This document shows positions 24,252 to 32,000 of a stretch of 32,000 bases of DNA, piece after piece. The notes beneath the pieces are model-generated. The model was not told where the DNA came from. It did no database searches and saw nothing but the letters and a program-made list of their open reading frames with translations. The DNA is from Candidatus Electrothrix yaqonensis (GTDB taxonomy: Bacteria > Desulfobacterota > Desulfobulbia > Desulfobulbales > Desulfobulbaceae): positions 2,670,001 to 2,702,000 of the forward strand of contig CP178758.1 of NCBI GenBank assembly GCA_047651235.1, given 5' to 3'. Positions within the stretch are counted from its first letter, which is position 1, and every line of letters begins with the position of its first letter. Both the position numbers and the translations under genes were made by a program.

Positions 24252-26114
24252 ATGGAACCGATGGACAGACCGTTCAGAAAGCAGAAAAGAATTGGCGAGC
24301 TTTGTATCGAGAAAGGTCTGATTTCACAAAGAGACCTGCTCCAGGCTCTAAAACTGCAGAAGATACAGTCCATTCCTCTGGGCAGGGTTCTGCTGAACCT
24401 GAACAAGATCAGAAAAAAAGATCTTGCCGCAGTGCTTGCCGAACACTTTGGGGTTCCGCAGATATCGCTGAAAAATCATGCGATTGATTATAAACTGCAG
24501 AGCAGGCTGAATGAGCATTATGCAAAAGAGAAAAATCTGATCGTCCTGCGGGATGCTGAGGGGAATGTAAAAGTTGCCTCTCAGGAACCGACTCAGCATC
24601 TCTTTTACGATATCCGGAAGCAGCTTGATCCGAATCTGCAGTACCAGCTGTGCATGGCGCCTGCAGAGGAAATCGGTTATGCGCACAGAACCATTTATGC
24701 TGAAAAGGGGAAAAGGAAAATAACCTATTTTCCCGGAGGCTGCGTCTGCACCCGGATGGTGCAGAGATCCAGGGCGGAAGACGGCCAGCTGACCATGACG
24801 CTGGTCGATAAAATTCTGCAGATCGGCCAGCGGGTTGAGGCCAGTGATATTCACTTGGAACCCCTGAAGGAAAGATTCCGGATCAGATACAGAATTGAAG
24901 GAGACCTGAATGAGATTGATGTCAACAACTATGAACTGCAGATCCTCTATCAATGCGTGATCGCCAGGTTCAAGATTCTCGGCAAACTTGCCCTGGACCT
25001 GAAGGATCATCCCCAGGGCGGTTCCTTCAGCATCCAGTATGACAACGGCAGAGAACTGCAGAATATTGATTACCGCATCTCAGTTCTGCCGACCAGATAC
25101 GGCGAAGCCATGGTTCTCCGGGTGCTCAATCAGAGCAGAATGGAGAACATTCAGCTGCAGGATCTCGGCATGACCGGCTTCATACACAGGGAGTATGTAC
25201 GCCAGATCCAGCGGCCTCAGGGCCTGATTATCATTACAGGCCCGACAGGAAGCGGAAAATCCACCACACTGTATGCAACAATTAAGCATATTGCCGGCAG
25301 CAAAAAAATACTGACTGCAGAAAATCCCATTGAATATGCCTACCCTGAAGAGTATTCCATAACTCAGACTCAGGTCAACAGAGCCCGTGGCGTAGGGTAT
25401 GATGAGCTGATGGATGAATTCATGCGGCATGATCCGGATGTCATCATGCTCGGAGAAGCACGCAATAAAAGATCGAGCAGAACAGCCGTGGAAGCAGCCC
25501 AGACAGGGCATCTGGTCTTTACAACCATGCATACCGAAGACAGCACCGGGGTTGTGCCGAGAATGCGGGAACTGCTTGAAATGAAGGCGGAGCAGTTCCT
25601 CGGTCAGACCAAAGCGGTCATGGCGCAGATGCTGGTCAAAAAGGTCTGTGCGCATTGTGCTGAACAATATACGCCGGATCAGGAGGATATTCTCTTCTAT
25701 TTCGGCGGTATTGACCCGGTATTTGCGTTCTATCGGGGCACTGGCTGCGAACACTGCGATTATGACGGCGCAGACGGACGGATCGGCATGTATGAATTAT
25801 GGCTGCCCACCAGAAAAGTTGTTGCTGAGATGCGGGACGCCGGAACGGATTATGAAATTCGTCAGTCAGCAATCGCTCACGGGCTCAAACCGCTGTATCT
25901 GGCTGCCATTGATCTTATGCAGCAGGGAAAAATCACCCTGAAAAGAGCAATTGAAGCTGTGCCGAATATTGCGGAAGACAGAGAATTGTTGGGGAAAACC
26001 CGTATTGAGCGCTATCTGCATAACCTGCATTCAGGCGGCCTGCCCGCCGTTCAGAAATATGAAGTCGGATCAAAAGTCGGATCAGGATGGTTTGTTTATG
26101 ACCAGGGCTCTTGA
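24252..26114 (+). CDS. GspE/PulE/PilB-family secretion ATPase with an MshEN-type N-terminal domain
   Basis: Walker A GPTGSGKST, Asp box, Walker B DVIMLGE, His box GHLVFTTMHT, tetra-Cys CAHC...CEHC. The N-terminus carries a tandem RIGELCIEKGLISQRDLLQALKLQ / PLGRVLLNLNKIRKKDLAAVLAEH motif. Start moved to the ATG at 24252, after the peptidase stop. Confidence 0.9.
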   Translation: MEPMDRPFRKQKRIGELCIEKGLISQRDLLQALKLQKIQSIPLGRVLLNLNKIRKKDLAAVLAEHFGVPQISLKNHAIDYKLQSRLNEHYAKEKNLIVLRDAEGNVKVASQEPTQHLFYDIRKQLDPNLQYQLCMAPAEEIGYAHRTIYAEKGKRKITYFPGGCVCTRMVQRSRAEDGQLTMTLVDKILQIGQRVEASDIHLEPLKERFRIRYRIEGDLNEIDVNNYELQILYQCVIARFKILGKLALDLKDHPQGGSFSIQYDNGRELQNIDYRISVLPTRYGEAMVLRVLNQSRMENIQLQDLGMTGFIHREYVRQIQRPQGLIIITGPTGSGKSTTLYATIKHIAGSKKILTAENPIEYAYPEEYSITQTQVNRARGVGYDELMDEFMRHDPDVIMLGEARNKRSSRTAVEAAQTGHLVFTTMHTEDSTGVVPRMRELLEMKAEQFLGQTKAVMAQMLVKKVCAHCAEQYTPDQEDILFYFGGIDPVFAFYRGTGCEHCDYDGADGRIGMYELWLPTRKVVAEMRDAGTDYEIRQSAIAHGLKPLYLAAIDLMQQGKITLKRAIEAVPNIAEDRELLGKTRIERYLHNLHSGGLPAVQKYEVGSKVGSGWFVYDQGS

Positions 26115-26556
26115 GCATGCTGCCCGGGCAGCGGACATGGATGAAGTACCGGTCGGCGCAGTCCTGGTGGACCAGGAGCAACAGATTATTGCCGGAGCAG
26201 GCAACAATTGCATCGCTGCGCATGATCCCACCGGTCATGCCGAAATTCACACCCTGCGGGCAGCAGCGGAGAAGCTGCACAATTATCGGCTGACAGGGAC
26301 AACTATGTATGTCACCTTGGAACCCTGCCCCATGTGTGCAGCAGCCATGATTCAGGCCAGGGTGGAGCGCATCATTTTCGGGGCAACCGACCCCAAGGGC
26401 GGCGGGCTGCAGTCAGTCTACCGCATCGGCAGCGACGGCTGCCTGAATCACCGGTTCAGGATCACCGGCGGGGTGCTGGCCGATGAATGCAGCCGGATAC
26501 TGAAGGAATTTTTCCGGCAACGGAGAAAAAAACGGCGCTGTCAGCATCAGTTATGA
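26098..26556 (+). CDS. tadA: tRNA adenosine(34) deaminase
   Basis: VPVGAVLV, the HAE zinc/catalytic motif and the PCPMCAAA motif. The ATG at 26098 (MTRALEHA...) gives the usual ~150 aa. The tracked longer ORF is an in-frame upstream extension inside gspE. Confidence 0.9.
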   Translation: MTRALEHAARAADMDEVPVGAVLVDQEQQIIAGAGNNCIAAHDPTGHAEIHTLRAAAEKLHNYRLTGTTMYVTLEPCPMCAAAMIQARVERIIFGATDPKGGGLQSVYRIGSDGCLNHRFRITGGVLADECSRILKEFFRQRRKKRRCQHQL

Positions 26557-28578
26557 TGATACTCGATCATCCAGCACCTTCCGGACGGTCTTTGCCAGTT
26601 CTTTCCGACTGACCGGCTTCATAAGAAAGGCACGTATTCCTGAAGCCTTTGCTTTATCTCCGTTCACCAGCCTGCTGAAACCTGTGCAGAGAATAATGCA
26701 GGCATCCGGTCGCAGGGTCAGATATCTTTCTGCCAAGTCAATCCCGGTCATGCCCGGCATGGTCATATCGGTAATGACAAGGTCAAACGAATCCGGTTGA
26801 TCGCAGAGCAGTTCCCATGCCTCGCTGCTGCTGGTCAAGGCAGTCACCCTGTAGCCGAGTCCTTCCAGAATCTTCCGCTCCATTGCGACAATCACCTCTT
26901 CATCATCCAACAATAAAATGCTCTCATTTCCTTTGGGTAAAGATTCCTGTTCCGGTGCGGATACTGCAGAAGGCGACTGGATATGCGGCAGATACACCTG
27001 AAAAACACTTCCTTCACCCGGACTGCTGTACACTGAGATATGGCCGCCGTAGCTATGGACGATACCATGCACTATTGCCAGACCCAGGCCCGTACCCTTT
27101 CCCTTTCCTTTTGTTGTGAAATACGGATCAAAAATCCGATCCAATGTCTCCTTGTCCATACCATGACCGGTATCGCTCACCTCCAACCTCAGATATTGCC
27201 CTGCCGGTAAAATCATGGCTAAAAAATCCGTCTCACTTTCTTCAACCTCTACAAGAGTTAGAGAAAGCCCCAGAATCCCTCCTTTCTCCTGCATAGCATG
27301 ATAGGCATTGGTGCAGAGATTCATTATGATCTGATGGACCTTGGTCGGGTCGGCATGCACCACACCGGATGTTGCCCGGATATTCTGTCGGATTTCAATG
27401 GTCGTCGGCAGGGAGGCCCGGAGCAGTTTCAACGCCTCTCTGACAATCAGATGAATTTTCAGCGGCTGGCATTCATGTTCACCCTGCCGGCTGATGGAGA
27501 GAATCTGCTGCACCAGCTCCTTAGCCCTGTTTCCGGCATCAATGATCGCCTGCATGTCCTGCCGGGGTACACTGCCACGCGGCAATTCCTGCTGCACCAA
27601 TTCGGCGTACCCAAGGATCGGTGTGAGGATATTGTTAAAATCATGTGCTATACCGCCGGCCAAAGTTCCGACAGCTTCCAGCCGCTGGGTCTGACGAAGC
27701 TGATATTCGAGTTTCTTTTTCTCCTCCTCCTCTTTTTTCCGCTCTGTAATGTCCCTGACAATTGCCCGGGCAAAAATCACTTTTTTATCTTCAAATTGAG
27801 GGAATGCACTGACTTCCACATCGATCAGCCTGCCGGATTTTGCGGTCAGAACGGTCTGATAACTCCTCACTGTTTTACCGGCAAAGACCCTCTTGAGGAC
27901 AGAAGCTGTCTCTGTCCGTTTATCCGGATGAATGATATCAAGCAGAGGTTTGCCGATGAATTCTTCTCTTGTATACCCTATGGTTTGGAGCTCTGTCAGG
28001 TTCGCATCCGCAATATTTCCATCCAAGCCGACGAGATGAATCATATCCAGGGCATCATTAAAAAGACTTTTGTATTTTTGTTCACTTCTCCGGAGTGCTT
28101 CGCAGGACCGCTGCAGCGCAGCAGTGCGTTCGGCAACAAGCTCTTCCAAGGATTGCTGCATGTGCCGAAGCTGGAGATGCGTTTTCACCCGCATCAGCAC
28201 TTCTTCCCGGTGAATCGGTTTGGAGATAAAGTCCACCCCCCCGACCTCGAACCCTCTGACCCTGTCGTGCAGCTCCTGCAGGGCACTGACAAAGATAACC
28301 GGCACCTCGGCAGTCCGCTCATCCTGCTTCAGTCTCCGGCAGAGTTCATAGCCGTCAATGTCCGGCATCTTGACATCAAGCAGAATCAGATCAGGGGGAT
28401 CGGCAAGTGCGGAATCAAGCGCCAGCTGCGGTTCCTGGGTCGGGCGAACTTTATACCCTTCAGAGGAGAGCATATCCGTCAGCAGGCGCAAGTTTTCCAG
28501 CATATCATCGATAACCAGAATTTCCTCGTTCTTATCACCCATCCTTCTGTCCTTTGCAGGCATCGGAAGCCTGCTCAA
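26551..28578 (-). CDS. hybrid signalling protein REC - PAS - HisKA - HATPase - REC
   Basis: N-terminal receiver ([22 protein letters not shown]), a PAS region, H-box [12 protein letters not shown]-boxes DTGHGM and GTGLGLAIV, and a C-terminal receiver ([25 protein letters not shown]). Confidence 0.9.
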   Translation of the reverse strand: MSRLPMPAKDRRMGDKNEEILVIDDMLENLRLLTDMLSSEGYKVRPTQEPQLALDSALADPPDLILLDVKMPDIDGYELCRRLKQDERTAEVPVIFVSALQELHDRVRGFEVGGVDFISKPIHREEVLMRVKTHLQLRHMQQSLEELVAERTAALQRSCEALRRSEQKYKSLFNDALDMIHLVGLDGNIADANLTELQTIGYTREEFIGKPLLDIIHPDKRTETASVLKRVFAGKTVRSYQTVLTAKSGRLIDVEVSAFPQFEDKKVIFARAIVRDITERKKEEEEKKKLEYQLRQTQRLEAVGTLAGGIAHDFNNILTPILGYAELVQQELPRGSVPRQDMQAIIDAGNRAKELVQQILSISRQGEHECQPLKIHLIVREALKLLRASLPTTIEIRQNIRATSGVVHADPTKVHQIIMNLCTNAYHAMQEKGGILGLSLTLVEVEESETDFLAMILPAGQYLRLEVSDTGHGMDKETLDRIFDPYFTTKGKGKGTGLGLAIVHGIVHSYGGHISVYSSPGEGSVFQVYLPHIQSPSAVSAPEQESLPKGNESILLLDDEEVIVAMERKILEGLGYRVTALTSSSEAWELLCDQPDSFDLVITDMTMPGMTGIDLAERYLTLRPDACIILCTGFSRLVNGDKAKASGIRAFLMKPVSRKELAKTVRKVLDDRVSS

Positions 28579-30821
28579 TCCGGTGCATTGTTCAGCAGTT
28601 CCAGAATTCGACCGAAACGGAACTCATGAGCCAGCACCTGCAGTCCGCTGGCGATCTCCGGATGATCAGCGCAAATATCTCTGATTACCTCTTCGACCGC
28701 CGCAATATCCAGTTTCTGCGCCGCTTTTTTCAGTCTCTCTCGCTGCTGAACAGGCAGACCCTGTATCATTGCCGCTGTAACGGTACTGATCGATTCTGCC
28801 GTTTTATTTTCATTTTTCTCTTTATAAATATAGCGCACCCCAAGGTATTTTTCCATGACGGAAAAGAGTTCTCCGGCACGAAAGGGTTTATGCACCACCT
28901 CGTCACAACCGGCTGCTAGGATTCTGCCGTGCTGCTCCTTAAAGACACTGGCCGTGAGGGCCACAATCGTTACCTTATCCCCGCCCGGCAGAGCACGGAT
29001 CCGCCGGGTTGCCTCATACCCGTCCAATACCGGCATGCGCAGGTCCATCCAGATGAAATGTGGGTGCCATTGTTCAAACATTGCCACGGCCTCCTTCCCG
29101 TTCACTGCCTGCTGTACTGAAAAGCCTGTCTTCGCCAAAAGGGTCGTCAGCAGCAGCCGGTTCTCCGGGTTGTCCTCCGCGACCAGAATACGCTGCTCCG
29201 GCTGATCAGGTTCCAGCCCGAGGACCGGGAGCCGGACGGATTCCCTGTTGCCGGTTTCCTGAACTTCAGCCAGGGGCACGGGCAGCTCGATCAGGAACCG
29301 TGATCCCTTGCCGACCTCACTTTCAACGCGGACTTTCCCTCCCATGAAATCGATAAAGGATTTGCTGATGGCCAGACCCAAGCCTGTCCCTTTGGCCCTG
29401 GCTGAAGCCTGACCGGTCTGGACAAAAGGGTCGAAAATCTGCCCGAGCTGGTCCGCCGGAATGCCCGGACCGCTGTCCTGCACTTCGAAATGCAGAATAC
29501 GTGTTGCCGGATCTCCGGGCACAGGCAGAGTACGGGCGCGGAGGGTCACACCGCCTTCCTCGGTGAACTTCACCGCATTGCCCAGCAGATTGATGAGGAT
29601 CTGACGCAACTTGCCGCTGTCGGCCCTGATGCAGCATGCCGATGACGGATCGATCTCCTGCCTGAAGTATAGAGCCGCATCCTCGGCACGCAGCTCGAAC
29701 ATGCGGCAGATATCCTCCAGCATCCGGAGCAGATCGAAAGGCTCCGGCCTGATTTCCACCCGCCCTGCCTCGATCTTGGAAAGGTCGAGGATCTCGTTGA
29801 TCATCGACAGCAGGTGTTCGCCGCTGCGGTTGATAACCGCGAGTTTTTCGTGCTGCTCTGGCGGGAGATCCGGGGTGCGCCCTAACATTTCGGAAAAGCC
29901 TAAGATGGCGTTCAAGGGTGTACGCAGCTCATGGGACATATTGGCCAGGAAGATGCTTTTGGCTCTATTGGCGGATTCGGCAGCTTCTTTCGCCTGTGCC
30001 AAGGCCTGGTTTGTCCTGGTAAGATCGGCAGTCTTCTCCTCCACGATCTCTTCCAGATGACTTTTATATTTTTCCAAAGCCTGTTGCGCTTGGTATCTCT
30101 CGGCAATCTCCTGTTCAAGCATCGCCATATTCGCACCGAGCTTGCCTGTCATCTCGTTGAAGGAGCGCGAAACATCGCTCAGTTCGTCATTATGCCCGAT
30201 CTCCAGCCTGTATTTGAATGAGCCGGCTGTGATCCTTCGGGCTGTCGATGCCATAGTGAGCAGGTGGCGACCGACAAGCAGATAGAACAAAAAAAGGATA
30301 AACAGCGAAACCAGAAAAGTTTTGATCGTCTGGCTGACCAGAACGAGAAATAGCTTGTTCAGGAGCCGTTTATAGACGACATCCAAATCAGCCAGCACGA
30401 TTATCTCACCTAAGCGCACCGTCTTGTCGCGATGAAGATAATTCAGTTCAAAGGATCTTCTGATAATCCGCTGTTCCCTCTGTTTCCCGCGGTGAGCTAT
30501 TTTTCTGCCTGATTCATCATTCACCTGAACAGAGAGAATGCCCGGCAGACGCATCATCCCGTCCAGCTGGAGATTCAGGCTCTTTGTGTTATGCACCCAG
30601 AGTGAAGTTGAAAGCGTATCCTGATACAGAATTTGTATTTCCTGGAGATGTTTTTCAAGCTCACTGATATCCCGCCAATAATCATACAGCAGCTGCGATG
30701 CGGTAATTATCAGAGTGATAACAGAACTGAACAGCAGGATATAGGTTGCAAAACGCCGCCCGATTCCCTTGGACAGAAAGGTGGACAATATAACTTTTCC
30801 CTGTGCCGATCCGCTCTGCAT
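28575..30821 (-). CDS. hybrid sensor histidine kinase TM - periplasmic domain - TM - HAMP - HisKA - HATPase - REC - C-terminal helical domain
   Basis: H-box [10 protein letters not shown]-boxes DSGPGIP and GTGLGLAIS, receiver ILVAEDNP...[13 protein letters not shown]...VHKPF. Two hydrophobic segments flank a ~130-aa external region. Confidence 0.9.
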   Translation of the reverse strand: MQSGSAQGKVILSTFLSKGIGRRFATYILLFSSVITLIITASQLLYDYWRDISELEKHLQEIQILYQDTLSTSLWVHNTKSLNLQLDGMMRLPGILSVQVNDESGRKIAHRGKQREQRIIRRSFELNYLHRDKTVRLGEIIVLADLDVVYKRLLNKLFLVLVSQTIKTFLVSLFILFLFYLLVGRHLLTMASTARRITAGSFKYRLEIGHNDELSDVSRSFNEMTGKLGANMAMLEQEIAERYQAQQALEKYKSHLEEIVEEKTADLTRTNQALAQAKEAAESANRAKSIFLANMSHELRTPLNAILGFSEMLGRTPDLPPEQHEKLAVINRSGEHLLSMINEILDLSKIEAGRVEIRPEPFDLLRMLEDICRMFELRAEDAALYFRQEIDPSSACCIRADSGKLRQILINLLGNAVKFTEEGGVTLRARTLPVPGDPATRILHFEVQDSGPGIPADQLGQIFDPFVQTGQASARAKGTGLGLAISKSFIDFMGGKVRVESEVGKGSRFLIELPVPLAEVQETGNRESVRLPVLGLEPDQPEQRILVAEDNPENRLLLTTLLAKTGFSVQQAVNGKEAVAMFEQWHPHFIWMDLRMPVLDGYEATRRIRALPGGDKVTIVALTASVFKEQHGRILAAGCDEVVHKPFRAGELFSVMEKYLGVRYIYKEKNENKTAESISTVTAAMIQGLPVQQRERLKKAAQKLDIAAVEEVIRDICADHPEIASGLQVLAHEFRFGRILELLNNAPD

Positions 30822-30849
30822 GAAACTCTTTTATACAAAGGTTGACCGG

Positions 30850-31602
30850 TCAGCGGGACGGGGAATCCGTCTGCTTACTGAAGCGTTTTAAGACACTGTC
30901 AAGAATCCGCTGATGTGATCCGTCTTCCTTCATCCTGCGGATCTCATGATTAATGATCGGCACCAGGTTGCGATGTTTTTTATGCAGGTAGAGATACCAG
31001 TCGCCAGTTAGAAACGCCGGTTCCAGAATGCGGATATCTTTAAGACCAAGATGCCTGACATGCATCATGCCGGTCATCCGCTCAATAACTGCCAGGTCGA
31101 GACGTCCGTCAGCCAGCATGGCGAACAATTGCTCTCCGGCATCCACCAGGGTGACTGTACGGGCGCTTGTGGTGTTCCACTCAATAATCTTCCACCCTTT
31201 GACGACCCCGACGTCGTACGGTTTCAGGTTATCAGGGCCGGTCACTTTAAAATCAGCCGCACGGGAGAAAATGACGTGTTCATACTGCATGATCACTTCC
31301 GGAACCCGCACTAAGTTGGGGTATTTCTCATCCAGCCCGAAGATCCGACAGACATCGCCGTCATCAATCCCCCTGTCGGCATTAACCAATGCCCGCTCGG
31401 CAGGCAAATACTGAATCTCGAATTCTCCGCCCAGCCGTCTAAAAAGCTCCTGGTAAAAAAGATCCAGAACACCTGAGTGATCAGGTGCGGTCAGAGGAGC
31501 TGTATACGAGGTGTTGAGTATCAGCTTAGGCATTGCCGCAAGCGGCATTCCCGCCGGAAACAAACAACAAACAGCCGCTATAAGAACAATACGATCTAAC
31601 AT
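30850..31602 (-). CDS. periplasmic solute-binding-protein-like protein (family 3 SBP fold), 250 aa
   Basis: Starting at Met65 of the tracked ORF gives a signal peptide MLDRIVLIAAVCCLFPAGMPLAA, preceded by AAGGAG 8 nt upstream. Size, composition and position upstream of a kinase fit transporter-type SBP domains. Family assignment is moderate. Confidence 0.7.
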   Translation of the reverse strand: MLDRIVLIAAVCCLFPAGMPLAAMPKLILNTSYTAPLTAPDHSGVLDLFYQELFRRLGGEFEIQYLPAERALVNADRGIDDGDVCRIFGLDEKYPNLVRVPEVIMQYEHVIFSRAADFKVTGPDNLKPYDVGVVKGWKIIEWNTTSARTVTLVDAGEQLFAMLADGRLDLAVIERMTGMMHVRHLGLKDIRILEPAFLTGDWYLYLHKKHRNLVPIINHEIRRMKEDGSHQRILDSVLKRFSKQTDSPSR

Positions 31603-32000
31603 GTTTGACACTCCTTGAATAAGATGATGGTCAATCCCGGCCACACTGTTCCGCTGTCGAGCAGTGCCAGAAAGCTCACCGAAGCGGAACTCACGGACCA
31701 CATCGCCCTGCTCCGGACGGATACAGATGGAGGATTCCATTTTGTCATTATCTTTCCACTGATTAACTATATGAAAAATTAAACAAAAAAACAAAAATAT
31801 TATATCGGGTTATCCGTCGGGACCACTTTTCCACGAAAGAAAAAAATGAAAAACTGACTGAGTCCCCTATTTTTCTATTGTCAAAAAGTCCAAGTCAGTT
31901 TAAAAAGGGTTGCACAGTAATATATCTGGTGCGGCAGGAAGTGAGAAACAAAAAAAGCATCGTGTTCGACTGTTGCTTTTTCAGAGAATTCAGGAGAGGT

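Noticed and set aside
23075-25754. Minus-strand ORFs 23075-23686, 23804-24406, 24348-25010 and 25080-25754.
   Set aside because: All are antisense to the M20 peptidase and GspE-type ATPase genes, whose motifs are unambiguous.
27298-28629. 443-aa plus-strand ORF.
   Set aside because: It is antisense to the REC-PAS-kinase-REC gene, a shadow ORF.
30850-31794. 314-aa version of the SBP-like ORF.
   Set aside because: The first 64 residues precede the signal peptide and have no RBS. Met65 at 31602 has AAGGAG upstream and yields a proper N-terminal signal sequence.
31952-31981. aaaaagca-(14 nt)-tgcttttt inverted repeat near the window end.
   Set aside because: The stem is mostly A:T with only ~3-4 strong pairs. 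It may belong to the 5' region of a plus-strand gene starting just beyond 32000 (AGGAGAGG lies at the very end), so it cannot be interpreted within the window.

Overview
The window looks like a chromosomal segment from a Desulfobacterota-type (deltaproteobacterial) genome. That placement is an inference from the purB-DUF4911 linkage and the density of signalling genes; I could not search to confirm it.

Core genes, in the GC-richer background: purB (3' part), a DUF4911 gene, tRNA-Leu(CAG), ribF, a manB-like phosphomannomutase, a DUF2339/DUF3999 membrane gene pair, obg, proB, a HAD hydrolase, an M20 peptidase, an orphan GspE-type ATPase and tadA.

Two large signalling blocks lie on the minus strand:
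- 17861->11186: REC-GGDEF, then a 1373-aa Cache-HAMP-GAF-HisKA-HATPase-REC x3 hybrid kinase, then cheR, then a receiver-less cheB.
- 31602->26551: a periplasmic binding protein, then a HAMP hybrid kinase, then a REC-PAS-kinase-REC protein.

Two visibly AT-rich accessory patches interrupt the core (exact GC was not computed):
- 727-4003, on the 3' side of tRNA-Leu. It holds a broken IS30 transposase gene split by a 116-bp MITE-like insertion, a CoiA-like N-terminal stub, a frameshifted type ISP restriction-enzyme C-terminal relic, and an intact, tightly packed 3-4 gene cassette of unknown function (TIGR04255-like protein, Ser-rich 112 aa, 204 aa, possible 53-aa membrane micro-ORF).
- About 17.9-19.6 kb. 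It holds converging 5' stubs of an ISAzo13 transposase gene and of sfsA, plus a stand-alone SLATT-like 2-TM protein.

Best candidates for something undescribed:
- The AT-rich cassette at 1559-3480.
- The kinase/CheR/CheB module, whose kinase carries an EELQATNEEL-type coiled coil that could be a direct methylation target.
- The orphan SLATT gene.

All family assignments come from motif recognition by eye and memory. No database search was run.
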